The notes under the pieces: generated by a model | Seen by the model: the letters and a program-made list of their open reading frames with translations, nothing else | The model's database searches: none | Told to the model about the DNA's origin: nothing | Translations under genes and position numbers: made by a program | Assembly (NCBI GenBank): GCA_963816145.1 | Contig: CAWFJP010000015.1 | Location: 96,001-160,000 of the forward strand | From: an uncultured delta proteobacterium | GTDB lineage: Bacteria; Desulfobacterota; Binatia; UBA9968 | DNA: 64,000 nucleotides | Direction: 5' to 3' | In this document: positions 18,366-28,166 of the stretch, one piece after another | Layout: each line of letters opens with the position of its first letter | Numbering within the stretch: position 1 is the first letter of the stretch

Positions 18366-19010
18366 CTAGCGAAAGACGGATCTCGCAGCGCCGCTTACAA
18401 TGGCTAGATAAGCGCCCAAAAGCAGCAGCGTGATCAGAAGATTTCTTTTCCAATGATCGCTCAGGGCGATTCCGAATGGGAGTCCCACGAGAAATCCGAT
18501 GATATGTGCGACGTAGGCGACCTGCGGATCGTAGCCGGGTATCCGGCTCTTTTCGTAGACTACGACGACGTTGTAGACAAAATACAGGACCGCGATCAAT
18601 CCCTGCGGCGCGAGGAAAAGCCAGGAGAACTTCAGCGGTCGCACGAGCATGACGCATCCTGCCAGAGCGAAAATCGCGGCCGAGGCACCGAGCATTCCGG
18701 TAGCGCGGGGCAAATAGCCGACGCTGAGAATAAAGCCAGTGAAACCGCCGGTGAAAAAAATCATCAGAAGCTTTCGCGCACCGACGGTTTGTTCCAACGT
18801 GTTGCCGAAGACGAATAGAAAAAGCATGTTGCCGAATAGGTGGAAGACGTTGGCATGGACAAACAGGGCTGCGACCAAGGTCCAGACTTTGCCCTTTTCG
18901 AGGTTGTTCAGACTAAATATTAGATTTGTTTGGGCAAACGCCGGGTCCTGCTGCCATGCCCAGACACTGGCCCCGATGCAACCGAGGATGAGCAGTGAGT
19001 TGGTTTTCAA
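18366..19010 (-). CDS. Rhomboid intramembrane serine protease
   Basis: FVHA..HLFGNM, GASAAI, AHIIG; start approximate. Confidence 0.9.
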   Translation of the reverse strand: MKTNSLLILGCIGASVWAWQQDPAFAQTNLIFSLNNLEKGKVWTLVAALFVHANVFHLFGNMLFLFVFGNTLEQTVGARKLLMIFFTGGFTGFILSVGYLPRATGMLGASAAIFALAGCVMLVRPLKFSWLFLAPQGLIAVLYFVYNVVVVYEKSRIPGYDPQVAYVAHIIGFLVGLPFGIALSDHWKRNLLITLLLLGAYLAIVSGAARSVFR

Positions 19011-19357
19011 GGAATTGACGCCAGGGCGATCATACACATACCCATGTATGTGCTTGCTACCCGCTCGCCGTCTTCGCTGCAAGCCCTAAATACCATCCGG
19101 AACGGGAAATAATGACGGGACGTTAAAGAGGCGGAGGAAGGGGGTCGCGGTCTTTAATTGCCGTGCGTTGCACGCAAATAGACCCTACTGTAACGTTTTC
19201 CTGCCAAGATCAACTCGCTACAGATTTAAAATCGTCGATTTCCATTTTGTGACGCTAGCTGCTTTGCGATGCGCGGCAACCCGCCGTAGTCGCTTTCTTC
19301 TAGTCCAAGGCTCAGACCGGAGAATAAATATCACCAGACCAGCGACGCGGGGCGACA

Positions 19358-20101
19358 TTACCTTGCGGCGGCGCTCACGGTGACGTTGTCCGCCGTCGGC
19401 GCCGCCGCGCGATCATTGTCGAACGACAGATCAAACGTCACAACGGTTTCACCGGCGACAAACGTCAGCTCACCCAAGAAATGGCTCAATATGCCAAAGC
19501 CACCCACTCGAACCAACCCTTCCGGTTCATAATAACCTGCCCCGTCCGTTTGTCGCAAAAGGAGCTGGTTCGGTCGCCCATGAAAGAAGCCAAGCACAGT
19601 GCGCTTTTCTCCCCACACACCCGTCCTTGATCCTTCATTGCTTGGTTGCGGCTGCAGATGCAGCGCCGTATGGTAGATAGCTACTAGCGCCGGTTCACGG
19701 AGCAGTGCCGGCAACAACTCCCCGCTCGATAGGTGTTTATATTTACTCTCGTAAAGATCTCCTGGGACAGCCAAGTCGGCATAATCGACATCCAGCGGGA
19801 AGAGATACTTGGCGGCACCCGATTCCAACAGCTCTCTTAACTGGCGAACTGTTTCGCTGAGGAACCGGCACGGCGCCACGAACGGCCTACCTTGCGACGA
19901 CGCGGAGAATTCCATGCGGCCGTGCAAACAGGCACGGGGTTCAATGGGATTGTGCAGACGGGCGCCGAATTGTTGCTGATAGCGATAGGCATTGGCGATC
20001 TCGTTGGCGGTGAAGAACCAAGAATCAGCTTTAGCAAAGGAATGTCCGAATGAACCCACGAGAACAAAGGCTACGATTACCAGTGATTTGAGGTCAAACA
20101 T
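19358..20101 (-). CDS. Hypothetical secreted protein
   Basis: Signal peptide; GGAGG RBS. Confidence 0.7.
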   Translation of the reverse strand: MFDLKSLVIVAFVLVGSFGHSFAKADSWFFTANEIANAYRYQQQFGARLHNPIEPRACLHGRMEFSASSQGRPFVAPCRFLSETVRQLRELLESGAAKYLFPLDVDYADLAVPGDLYESKYKHLSSGELLPALLREPALVAIYHTALHLQPQPSNEGSRTGVWGEKRTVLGFFHGRPNQLLLRQTDGAGYYEPEGLVRVGGFGILSHFLGELTFVAGETVVTFDLSFDNDRAAAPTADNVTVSAAAR

Positions 20102-20414
20102 ACATACCTCCACCGATCGTCTGCTCCAACTCAGTCCGTTAAGCCGCCGGTGAAGTGGCTCAATCGCCATGAGCGGAAGTCCTTTAAGAACCGTCAAGTG
20201 CTCGCTACCTTGTTTCCTAGCGCAAAGACTGTGCCTGGCCAAAAAATCACTCGTAATAATCCAAGTGGCGGTTACGAAACGCTATTATCGCGAATTAGAA
20301 TTCTGCGCCGCTGCTCGAACAACCATAAGCGCAACTTTCGGATACATAGTGTATCCAAAAGTTGCGGTTCTATCCGGCAATGCCGCGGTTAAATCCATCG
20401 GGAAAAGCTGTTAG

Positions 20415-20894
20415 CTAATGGCTGCGGTTGAACTCTGGGACATTGCGGTTAACGGTCTCGGGCAGGACCCTGAACTGAGCGCTGGGGAATTGCGGCAGCG
20501 CGCCGGTGTGCAACCTAAGTGCTGTTTGAAGCGAGCCGTAACTCACGTCGGTCATGAGCACATCGGCGAGATGGCCGCCGCTGCGAAACTCGCTCATGGC
20601 TTTGTTGAGAATCACCTGGCGCACGCCATCGAAATGCTTGAGCTCGACAAACGGATAGCGCGCGTTGAAACTTTTGCGCAATACCGCGACCTGCGCCACC
20701 GGCGTGGTGCCGTAGAAGAGAACTTCCTTCTCTTCCCGCGCACCCTTGATAAGCAGCGCCTCGCACTCGCTCCGATTCGTCGACTCAACGCGGCTCGCCA
20801 GCTCAGGCAGCGTGACAGCTGTGGCAGGATCAGTGACACTGAGACAAATTGCGAAGGGGATTTGCATCAGCCAACGTCTCCCAAGTCGAGTCAT
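20415..20894 (-). pseudogene. Truncated extracellular solute-binding protein (AfuA/thiamine type)
   Basis: GAREEKEVLFYGT..SEFRSGGHLADVL parallels the N-terminus of 29879-30892, then diverges and stops. Confidence 0.7.
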
Positions 20895-21058
20895 GTATCC
20901 TCCGCTCACGAACAGCTCCGAAGATAATGCTAAGGAAACATCGATACTCTGATTAAACCAGAAGATCCTGGAAGAAGCCGCCAGCTGATATAAAACTATT
21001 ACGAGCCTACGTCGTACGTATGAAACATGGTGACGACACTGATCCTGCCCCAAACCGG

Positions 21059-21856
21059 CTAGCGCTCGCCGATAAACTCCAGCACATTGCGGTTGAACGC
21101 CTCAGGTTGCTCCCAATTTATCGAATGAGCAGCTTCGGGAAGGACAATGAACTTGGCACCGGGGATGCGGGCTTGTTGCCGACGCATGACCCAGGGCGGT
21201 GCTTGCAAATCTTGATCTCCGGGCATCAACAGCGTCGGCACGCGAATCGTTTCGAGCTTGGCAAACGTGATGGTCGTGCGTTGGGGTTGTGCCGACGCAG
21301 CCGGCTGTTTCGAATTGTGGTGAATCTCTAGCCAGAGCTTCAAACCCTCCGGTTTGGTTGCCATGTACCCCATGCTGACTTCGCGAAACTCCGGCGGCCA
21401 GCTGCGAAAATTCGGCAGCGATGTTTTCTCGCGCAGTTGGCTCAATTCCTCGTCGACGATCGCGCCGCCGCTGGCGGCGACCACCAAGCTGCGCAACCGC
21501 TCCGGATGCCAAAGCACGTAGTCGTACGCCGCAAAGCCGCCGCCAGCCACGCCGACGAGATGAAAACGCTCGAGTTTTAGATAGTCCGCCAGTGCGTGCA
21601 AATCCTCCGCGATCGTACCCGGCTGAGGCCCGGTGTCCGGATTCGCCGTGCTGCGTCCCCAGCCGCGCCGGTCGAAGGTGATCACCCGATACCCGGCTTC
21701 GACGAACCCCGGAATGTTGTATTGCCAGCTATCGGCATTGCCGGTATTGGCATGAAGTAGAATGAGTGGTACGCCGCTGCCACCGCTGTCGGTATACCAA
21801 AGACGCACACCCGGCAGATCGGCGAATTCTCCATTTGGAAGATCTGTCTGTTTCAT
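21059..21856 (-). CDS. Alpha/beta hydrolase
   Basis: LLHA, FDRRGWG, GVAGGG in place of GxSxG, AHSINWEQPEAFN. Confidence 0.88.
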   Translation of the reverse strand: MKQTDLPNGEFADLPGVRLWYTDSGGSGVPLILLHANTGNADSWQYNIPGFVEAGYRVITFDRRGWGRSTANPDTGPQPGTIAEDLHALADYLKLERFHLVGVAGGGFAAYDYVLWHPERLRSLVVAASGGAIVDEELSQLREKTSLPNFRSWPPEFREVSMGYMATKPEGLKLWLEIHHNSKQPAASAQPQRTTITFAKLETIRVPTLLMPGDQDLQAPPWVMRRQQARIPGAKFIVLPEAAHSINWEQPEAFNRNVLEFIGER

Positions 21857-22785
21857 ACTTTCGTATACACCTCCTTCGCCATCCACTCCATCCGCTCCAA
21901 GGTCTCCGCCGAGGTCGGCCGGCGCACGTCGAAGATCATCGTGTTGACGCCCGCCGCGCCGTACTCGCGAATGTCGCCCGCGATCTCTTCGGCGCTGCCC
22001 ATGAAGCGGCGGCGACGGTCGGCGATTTTTTTCTCCCTGTCGAAGAGCGAGCCTTTAAGGGCGACGTGGATCCTTTGCGGATCGCGGCCGGCTTTGACGG
22101 CGTACTCGCCCACAGTTGTTAAATCGCTTTTGACATCTGCCGGTTCGAGGGGAATCGTCGGCACGCCGCCGATGGGATGCCAGCCGTCGCCCAACTCGCC
22201 GGCGCGCTTGAGCGCGGCTTTGCTATGGCCGCCGATCCAAATCGGAATGGACTTCTGCACCGGCTTGGGCAGAAAGATCAAATCGGAAAAATTGACGAAC
22301 TCACCTTTGAACCTCGGTCGATCGCTTGCCCAGAGTTCGCGGAAAGCGCGGATATATTCGTCGGTGACCCGGCCGCGCGCGGCGTAATCCGGCGCCTGGA
22401 GATTTTCAAATTCTTCTTTCATCCAACCAACACCGACGCCGACGATCACCCGGCCGCCGGAAAGGACATCCAAACTCGCCAACATCTTGGCGGTCACGAC
22501 GGCGTTGCGGTAGGGCAAGATCATCACGCTGGTGGCAAAGCGAATCCGCCGGGTCGCACCGGCGAGAAAACCCATGGTCATCAAAGTTTCCAGATGGAAA
22601 CCCGTGCCGGGATATTTACCATCGACCGTGTACGGATACGGCACCGATATATTGGTCGGCACGATCACGTGGTCGGCGACCGTGAGCAGCGAAAAGTTCA
22701 ACGCCTCGGCGTGCTGGGCAAATCGCACCAAATCATCAGGTTTCACCGTCGCACTGGAAGCCGGAAGATGTAAGCCGTACTGCAT
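21853..22785 (-). CDS. LLM-class (F420-dependent-type) oxidoreductase
   Basis: VADHVIVP, LDVLSGGR, GVGW, PIWIGG, GDGWHP. Confidence 0.9.
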   Translation of the reverse strand: MQYGLHLPASSATVKPDDLVRFAQHAEALNFSLLTVADHVIVPTNISVPYPYTVDGKYPGTGFHLETLMTMGFLAGATRRIRFATSVMILPYRNAVVTAKMLASLDVLSGGRVIVGVGVGWMKEEFENLQAPDYAARGRVTDEYIRAFRELWASDRPRFKGEFVNFSDLIFLPKPVQKSIPIWIGGHSKAALKRAGELGDGWHPIGGVPTIPLEPADVKSDLTTVGEYAVKAGRDPQRIHVALKGSLFDREKKIADRRRRFMGSAEEIAGDIREYGAAGVNTMIFDVRRPTSAETLERMEWMAKEVYTKV

Positions 22786-22829
22786 GAAATGTTTCCTCGT
22801 TGTTTTGAAATGATCGAGACTAATAGTTT

Positions 22830-22923
22830 TCCCCGCAAAGGCGCAAAGGTCTAAGATAGATTTCTCCCTTCGATCGAAATGACAACGATTCCGAATTTGG
22901 CGTCTTGGCGCCTTTGCGGGAGA
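22830..22923. repeat. CGCAAAGG-periodic inverted repeat with an internal REP-like hairpin
   Basis: CCCCGCAAAGGCGCAAAGG ... GATTTCTCCCTTCGATCGAAATGAC ... GGCGCCTTTGCGGGAGA. Confidence 0.65.
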
Positions 22924-22943
22924 TATTCCGGTTTCCGTAGCGG

Positions 22944-23510
22944 TTAGCCCGCCGCTGCGACCGCCGCGCTGGCCGACTCTAACACAACTGCGTCGCCGAC
23001 TTGAATCTCGCCGTCGCTCAGCACCGCGGCTTTGAGTCCGCTGCGATGCTCCAGCGCTTTGAAGATCGCCGGGATTTTGGTCACGGCGACCAGATGGCCG
23101 CAGGGTTCGAACAGGCGAATGCCGCGCATGCGCACGTTGCCGAGGGTGAACTCACGGCCGAGTAATTCGATCAGCGGCACGCCCCGGGTGACGATGTTGC
23201 GCCGGGTGAGAATACCGATCGCATCGACGCCGATCTCCTTGGCGGCAAGCGCCAAGACCTCATCCTCGATAAGGCTCACCGCCTTGTCCGAACGCTTCAC
23301 CGCATCCCAGGATTCGCGATAGAAACGGTCGCCCTGCAATCCGCGGTCGGCAAACGCACGCACGCTGGGAACTGCCACCATCGCCTGCGCTGAAGCAGGC
23401 GTGATAAAAATCTCTTTGACAGTCCCGTGCCACACCGGGACCGCCGGCTGAAAGCCGCGCCATAGTTCGCGCGGCATTTCCTCGGGCATCGGTCGAATCG
23501 TTTGTGCCAT
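22944..23510 (-). CDS. MOSC domain protein
   Basis: GLQGDRF, RRNIV, EPCGHL, GEIQVGD. Confidence 0.88.
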   Translation of the reverse strand: MAQTIRPMPEEMPRELWRGFQPAVPVWHGTVKEIFITPASAQAMVAVPSVRAFADRGLQGDRFYRESWDAVKRSDKAVSLIEDEVLALAAKEIGVDAIGILTRRNIVTRGVPLIELLGREFTLGNVRMRGIRLFEPCGHLVAVTKIPAIFKALEHRSGLKAAVLSDGEIQVGDAVVLESASAAVAAAG

Positions 23511-23588
23511 TTGATCTCCCAAAACGACACCGGCCACTGATCTCTCAGTGGCCGGCGGTTACTCACATAGCTGGGTCGAAGCGAAAAC

Positions 23589-24071
23589 TTATCCGGCCTC
23601 GTCCGCGTAGAAACGGCTATCTTCGATCGGCGGCACGGTCTTGTTCTCTTCTGAGGAAGCGATTAACGGCTTGCCGTCCGGGCGCACGCGCATCTCTTCG
23701 CCGCCCTGGGCCTTGCCCTTGATGCCGGCGCCGACACGCAGCACCACCAGGTTCTCGCTGCCGGTGTTAAGATAGCGGTAGTACGCACCCCGGGGGATCA
23801 TCACCCCTTGGTGTTTGCCGACTTTGATCTCGCCGCCCTTTTCATCGAAGACGCTCATTTGGCCTTCGAGGACGATGAAGGAATGATCTTCGTCGAGATG
23901 GGTGTGAATTTCGTTCTCACCGCCCTCGTAGTTGATCTTGGTGTGGATCCACATGTTTTCGGTTTCCGCCACCAACTGGGTGATGCGGCCCTGCTTCATG
24001 TAGGGCGTGCGCAGAGAAAATTTCTGCGTGCGCGGTTTCTCGGTCGGTGCTATTTTCTTTGCTGGTTCCAT
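23589..24071 (-). CDS. Cupin domain protein
   Basis: HTHLDEDHSFIVLEG, IPRGAYY. Confidence 0.85.
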   Translation of the reverse strand: MEPAKKIAPTEKPRTQKFSLRTPYMKQGRITQLVAETENMWIHTKINYEGGENEIHTHLDEDHSFIVLEGQMSVFDEKGGEIKVGKHQGVMIPRGAYYRYLNTGSENLVVLRVGAGIKGKAQGGEEMRVRPDGKPLIASSEENKTVPPIEDSRFYADEAG

Positions 24072-24096
24072 CGTTCTTCCTTTCTTGGTGTTTATT

Positions 24097-25158
24097 TTAG
24101 TTGTTAATGCCGTCTACTTTGATGTGGTACAGATCGAGGACGTTCTGGCGCACCACCTTGTCGATCACGTTCTTCGGTAGATGGCCCAACTCGTCGGCGA
24201 TCACTTGGCGCGAGTGCGGCCAGGTGGAAGCGGCATGCGGGTAGTCGCTCGACCACATGAAGTTGTCTTCGCCAAACCAGTCCATCATCCGGCCGCCGGC
24301 TGGATCGCTGAAGAAGGTCGCGAACACTTGATCCTTGACATACTCGCCGGGCAGCTTCTTCATATACGGCAACGGCGCCTTCGGGCTGTGCCTGATATAG
24401 TATTTGTCCCATTCGTGACAGTAGAATGGAATCCAACCCACTTCGTTTTCGACGTAGACGAGTTTAAGCTTAGGGTATCTCGCCAAGGGGCCGCCGAAAA
24501 CGAAGTCGAACAACGTGTTCGCCGCATCGGTGAGCTTTTGATTGACGGTCATGCGATAAGTATCCAAACCCTTGCGGTCGAAACGGCTGTAGTTGAAACC
24601 GGTTAAGATATGCACGTTAACCGGCATATCGAGTTCGCCGGCGGCTTCCCAGAACGGATTGTAATAGTCACTGGTGAAGGGCAGATTTTCCGGCGGCACC
24701 TGCCAGATCATGCAGCCGACCATGCCGTTCTTCTTGCAACGTTCGAGTTCCTTGATCGCGTTGGGGATGTTGTACATGGAGATCATCGGTATGCCGAACA
24801 AGCGGCCCGGCGCGGCCTTGCAGTACTCCATCATCCAATCATTGGCGATCTCGAAGCAAGCCTCCTGAAGTTGCGCATCTTCCAGCGCATATAACCGCAA
24901 ACCATAGGTGGCGTAGAGAACTTCGGCGCTGACGCCGTCTACCGCCATCTCATCCAAACGCGCCTTGGGGTCATGGCCGCCAGGCTTCTCGCCGGGTGAA
25001 TTGCGCGGCGGGAATTTCGGGAATTTAGCCGCGAGGCTGGGCGTAAGGTTCTTCAGCCAGAGGTCTTCGGGTTCCATGATATGCGAATCCGACGACACGA
25101 TCTTATCTTGGCCGAGCACCTGTTCGGCCGTGCGCTTGACACCTGCTGCGGTGGTCAT
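24097..25158 (-). CDS. Amidohydrolase-2 family protein
   Basis: SSDSHIME, VNVH, WSSDYPH. Confidence 0.9.
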   Translation of the reverse strand: MTTAAGVKRTAEQVLGQDKIVSSDSHIMEPEDLWLKNLTPSLAAKFPKFPPRNSPGEKPGGHDPKARLDEMAVDGVSAEVLYATYGLRLYALEDAQLQEACFEIANDWMMEYCKAAPGRLFGIPMISMYNIPNAIKELERCKKNGMVGCMIWQVPPENLPFTSDYYNPFWEAAGELDMPVNVHILTGFNYSRFDRKGLDTYRMTVNQKLTDAANTLFDFVFGGPLARYPKLKLVYVENEVGWIPFYCHEWDKYYIRHSPKAPLPYMKKLPGEYVKDQVFATFFSDPAGGRMMDWFGEDNFMWSSDYPHAASTWPHSRQVIADELGHLPKNVIDKVVRQNVLDLYHIKVDGINN

Positions 25159-25289
25159 AGGTATATCCTCCTAACGTTTTAACTCTAATTGTTCCTTGAT
25201 TTATTCCTTTTTGGACCATTTGTCCAGGGCAAATCGGTCGCTGCCAGATTGGACTTTAGTCTATCCATGGGTTAAACGTTTTGACAACC

Positions 25290-26123
25290 ATGAGAGCCGT
25301 CAAGCGTTATTTCTGGAGTTGCTTGTCAATCCTGCTGATTCCCGCCGCGCTCTTCGCCGCCGAAGCACAGAACGCTTTCAACGAAGGCGTAAAATTTTTC
25401 AAAACCGCCAAATATAAAGAGGCGGTCGCTGCCTTCAACCGGGCGATCAAGGCGGCGCCGAAATCGGACGAAGCTTATAACAACCGCGGCCTGGCCTATG
25501 CGAAGTTAGGCCAGCAGGACAATGCGCTCAAAGACTACGACGAAGCGCTCAAGTTGAATCCCAATCTGACCGACGCCCAGCTCAACCGCGGCAATATTTT
25601 TTTCGCGCAAAAGCAGTACGACCGCGCCGTCAAAGACTTCGATGAGGTGATCAAACAGGACCCCAAAGCGCCGCGGGTGTTGGTCCAGCGCGGCCTGGCC
25701 TATTTGAATCTGAAACAGTTCGACAAGGCGGTGCAGGATTTCAACCAGGCCCAGAAGCTCGACCCCAAGGATACCGAAATCTACTATGGCCGCGGCCTGG
25801 CCCATCGCCGTCTCGGCAAGAATGACTTGGCGGTGCAGGACTACAGCGAAGCGATCAAGCTCGACCCGAAAAACGGCGAGAACTACAACAACCGCGCCAA
25901 CGCCTACTCGCTCTTAGGAAAATTTGACGAAGCGGTGAAAGACTACGACGAAGCGATCAAGCTGAACGATAAGGACGCTAGAATCTACGCCAATCGCGGC
26001 GTCATTAAGCAGCGCTTGAAGAAGGAAGACGAAGCGCAGAAAGATTTTCAAAAAGCTGTGGAGTTAGACCCTACTCTGAAAGACAAACTCTCTTCATTCA
26101 TTGCACCGGCAAAGGCTCGATGA
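25290..26123 (+). CDS. Secreted TPR protein
   Basis: Signal peptide, repeated AYxNRG..A..DY..A..L.P. Confidence 0.92.
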   Translation: MRAVKRYFWSCLSILLIPAALFAAEAQNAFNEGVKFFKTAKYKEAVAAFNRAIKAAPKSDEAYNNRGLAYAKLGQQDNALKDYDEALKLNPNLTDAQLNRGNIFFAQKQYDRAVKDFDEVIKQDPKAPRVLVQRGLAYLNLKQFDKAVQDFNQAQKLDPKDTEIYYGRGLAHRRLGKNDLAVQDYSEAIKLDPKNGENYNNRANAYSLLGKFDEAVKDYDEAIKLNDKDARIYANRGVIKQRLKKEDEAQKDFQKAVELDPTLKDKLSSFIAPAKAR

Positions 26124-26126
26124 ACC

Positions 26127-27182
26127 ATGGCGCATGTCTTGGTAATTGTTGGTTTACTGCTCGGATTAACGATCAACGGCCAATCCGCTCGCGCGGGCCA
26201 AGCGGAAGATCCGCTCAAGACCGCCCTCGAGCTGCACGACGGTGGCAAGGTCAAAGAAGCGATTGTCGAATACGATAAAGTCATCAAGGCCAATCCCAAG
26301 CTTGCCGAAGCATATTTCAACCGCGGCAACGCTCATTTCGACTTGGGACAAAACCAACAAGCGGTAAGAGACTACAGCGAAGCGATCCGACTCAACCCCA
26401 AGGACGCCGAGGCCTATTTCATCCGCGGCAACACCTACCGGCGTTTGAAACAAGACCCGGCCGCGCTCAACGATTATACCAGCGCCATCAAGCTCAATCC
26501 CGACGACGCCAAGAGTTATACCAATCGCGCCAGCATTCACTTCGACGCGCGCCGCTATGAGGCCGCGCTCAAGGACCAAAACGAAGCGCTGCGCATCGAC
26601 CCGAAGGACGCGCAGAATTATTTTAACCGGGCCAACAGTTATCTGGCGCTCGATAAAAAAGACGAAGCGATCAGAGACTATGATGCGGCAATCAGCCGCG
26701 ACCCCAAGCTCGCCGATGCCTATTACAACCGCGGCATCGTCTATGCCGATCTGTTGAAGTACGACGATGCCATCCGCGACTTCGACGATTCGATCAGGCT
26801 CAATCCCAAGAATCCCGCAGCGTTTTACAACCGTGGACTTGCCAAGGGCAAGCTCGGCAAGTACGACGCGGCGATCGACGACTACGGTGAAGCGATGCGG
26901 CTGAACCCAAAAGATGCCGAGGCGGCGTTCAATCGCGGTCTGGCTTACATGCGCATCGACAAACATGAGTTCGCCGCGCGGGACTTCACCGAAGTGATTA
27001 TCCTGCAACCGAAATACGCCGACGCCTACGTCTATCGCGGCCTCATCCGTGTCTACCAGGAGCGCGACAAGGAAGCCGACGCCGATTTCCAAAAAGCCTT
27101 TCAATTGAATCCAGCTTTAAAGAAAAAACTGGAACCAGTCATCGCCGAGGCCAAAGTCAAGGCGAAGAAATTGGCGAAATAG
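26127..27182 (+). CDS. Secreted TPR protein
   Basis: Signal peptide, ~9 TPR repeats. Confidence 0.92.
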   Translation: MAHVLVIVGLLLGLTINGQSARAGQAEDPLKTALELHDGGKVKEAIVEYDKVIKANPKLAEAYFNRGNAHFDLGQNQQAVRDYSEAIRLNPKDAEAYFIRGNTYRRLKQDPAALNDYTSAIKLNPDDAKSYTNRASIHFDARRYEAALKDQNEALRIDPKDAQNYFNRANSYLALDKKDEAIRDYDAAISRDPKLADAYYNRGIVYADLLKYDDAIRDFDDSIRLNPKNPAAFYNRGLAKGKLGKYDAAIDDYGEAMRLNPKDAEAAFNRGLAYMRIDKHEFAARDFTEVIILQPKYADAYVYRGLIRVYQERDKEADADFQKAFQLNPALKKKLEPVIAEAKVKAKKLAK

Positions 27183-27204
27183 ACTCCCACGCGGGAAAAC
27201 ATTT

Positions 27205-27624
27205 ATGGCGGAAGCCAATCTATATGGGGGTTTGATCGGCGGCCTGCTGATCGGCCTTGCCGCAAGCCTGTTCCTGCTCGTCAACGGTCGCATCGCCGGC
27301 ATCTCCGGTATTCTCGCAGGGTTGATAACTTCCAAATTCACAAGCGAATGGTTCTGGCGCGCTGCCTTCGTCATCGGTCTTGGCTGCGGCGCGGCCATCT
27401 ACGCTTGGCTGCGCGGCGCATTACCGTTGCAACATCAAGCTGGAAATGCACTATTGGGGCTCGCCGGACTGCTCGTCGGGTTTGGCACCAGATTGGGTTC
27501 CGGCTGCACTTCCGGCCACGGTATATGCGGCTTAGCGCGCCGTTCACCGCGCTCACTCGCCGCCACGGCGACTTTCATCGCTTGCGGCATACTGACTGTC
27601 TATCTAACGAGGCGTCTTTTCTAA
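27205..27624 (+). CDS. YeeE/YedE sulfur-transport family protein
   Basis: [20 protein letters not shown]. Confidence 0.9.
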   Translation: MAEANLYGGLIGGLLIGLAASLFLLVNGRIAGISGILAGLITSKFTSEWFWRAAFVIGLGCGAAIYAWLRGALPLQHQAGNALLGLAGLLVGFGTRLGSGCTSGHGICGLARRSPRSLAATATFIACGILTVYLTRRLF

Positions 27625-28037
27625 TGCTGCCGACGATCAGCAGTTTCGCTTTGGGAATCCTGTTCGGCTTGGGCCTGAGCATTTCAGAAATGACCGATCC
27701 CGCGCGGGTGATCGGTTTTCTCGACATCGCAGGCCGCTGGGACCCGACATTGATATGCGTCATGGGTGGGGCGCTGGCGGTGACGCTGCCATTGTTCCCC
27801 TGGATTCAGAAACGGCAAAAATCCCTTCTCGGCGAACCGCTTCAATTGCCAAGCCAAACCCGCATCGATGCGCGTTTGATAATCGGCGCGGCGATCTTCG
27901 GTATAGGGTGGGGCCTCGCCGGTCTCTGCCCCGGACCGGCGCTGGCGAATTTAGCAAGCGCTTCTCCGGGCATCGCCTTGTTTGTCCTGGCGATGATCGC
28001 CGGACAGTGGCTGGCGATTCGCTTCGGCTCACGATAG
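27624..28037 (+). CDS. YeeE/YedE (DUF6691) family protein
   Basis: MTDPARVIGFLD, GLCPGP; TAATG coupling to the previous gene. Confidence 0.9.
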   Translation: MLPTISSFALGILFGLGLSISEMTDPARVIGFLDIAGRWDPTLICVMGGALAVTLPLFPWIQKRQKSLLGEPLQLPSQTRIDARLIIGAAIFGIGWGLAGLCPGPALANLASASPGIALFVLAMIAGQWLAIRFGSR

Positions 28038-28166
28038 CCCGCAGCGCATTAAAGAATTCGCCGGTGATCGAAAGGGAGCCGAGTTCGGCCTATCAATGCC
28101 CTATTGCAGCAATACTTGGTAAATTATCTCCAAATCGCAAAACAACTACAGTTATAGGAAATCCAA

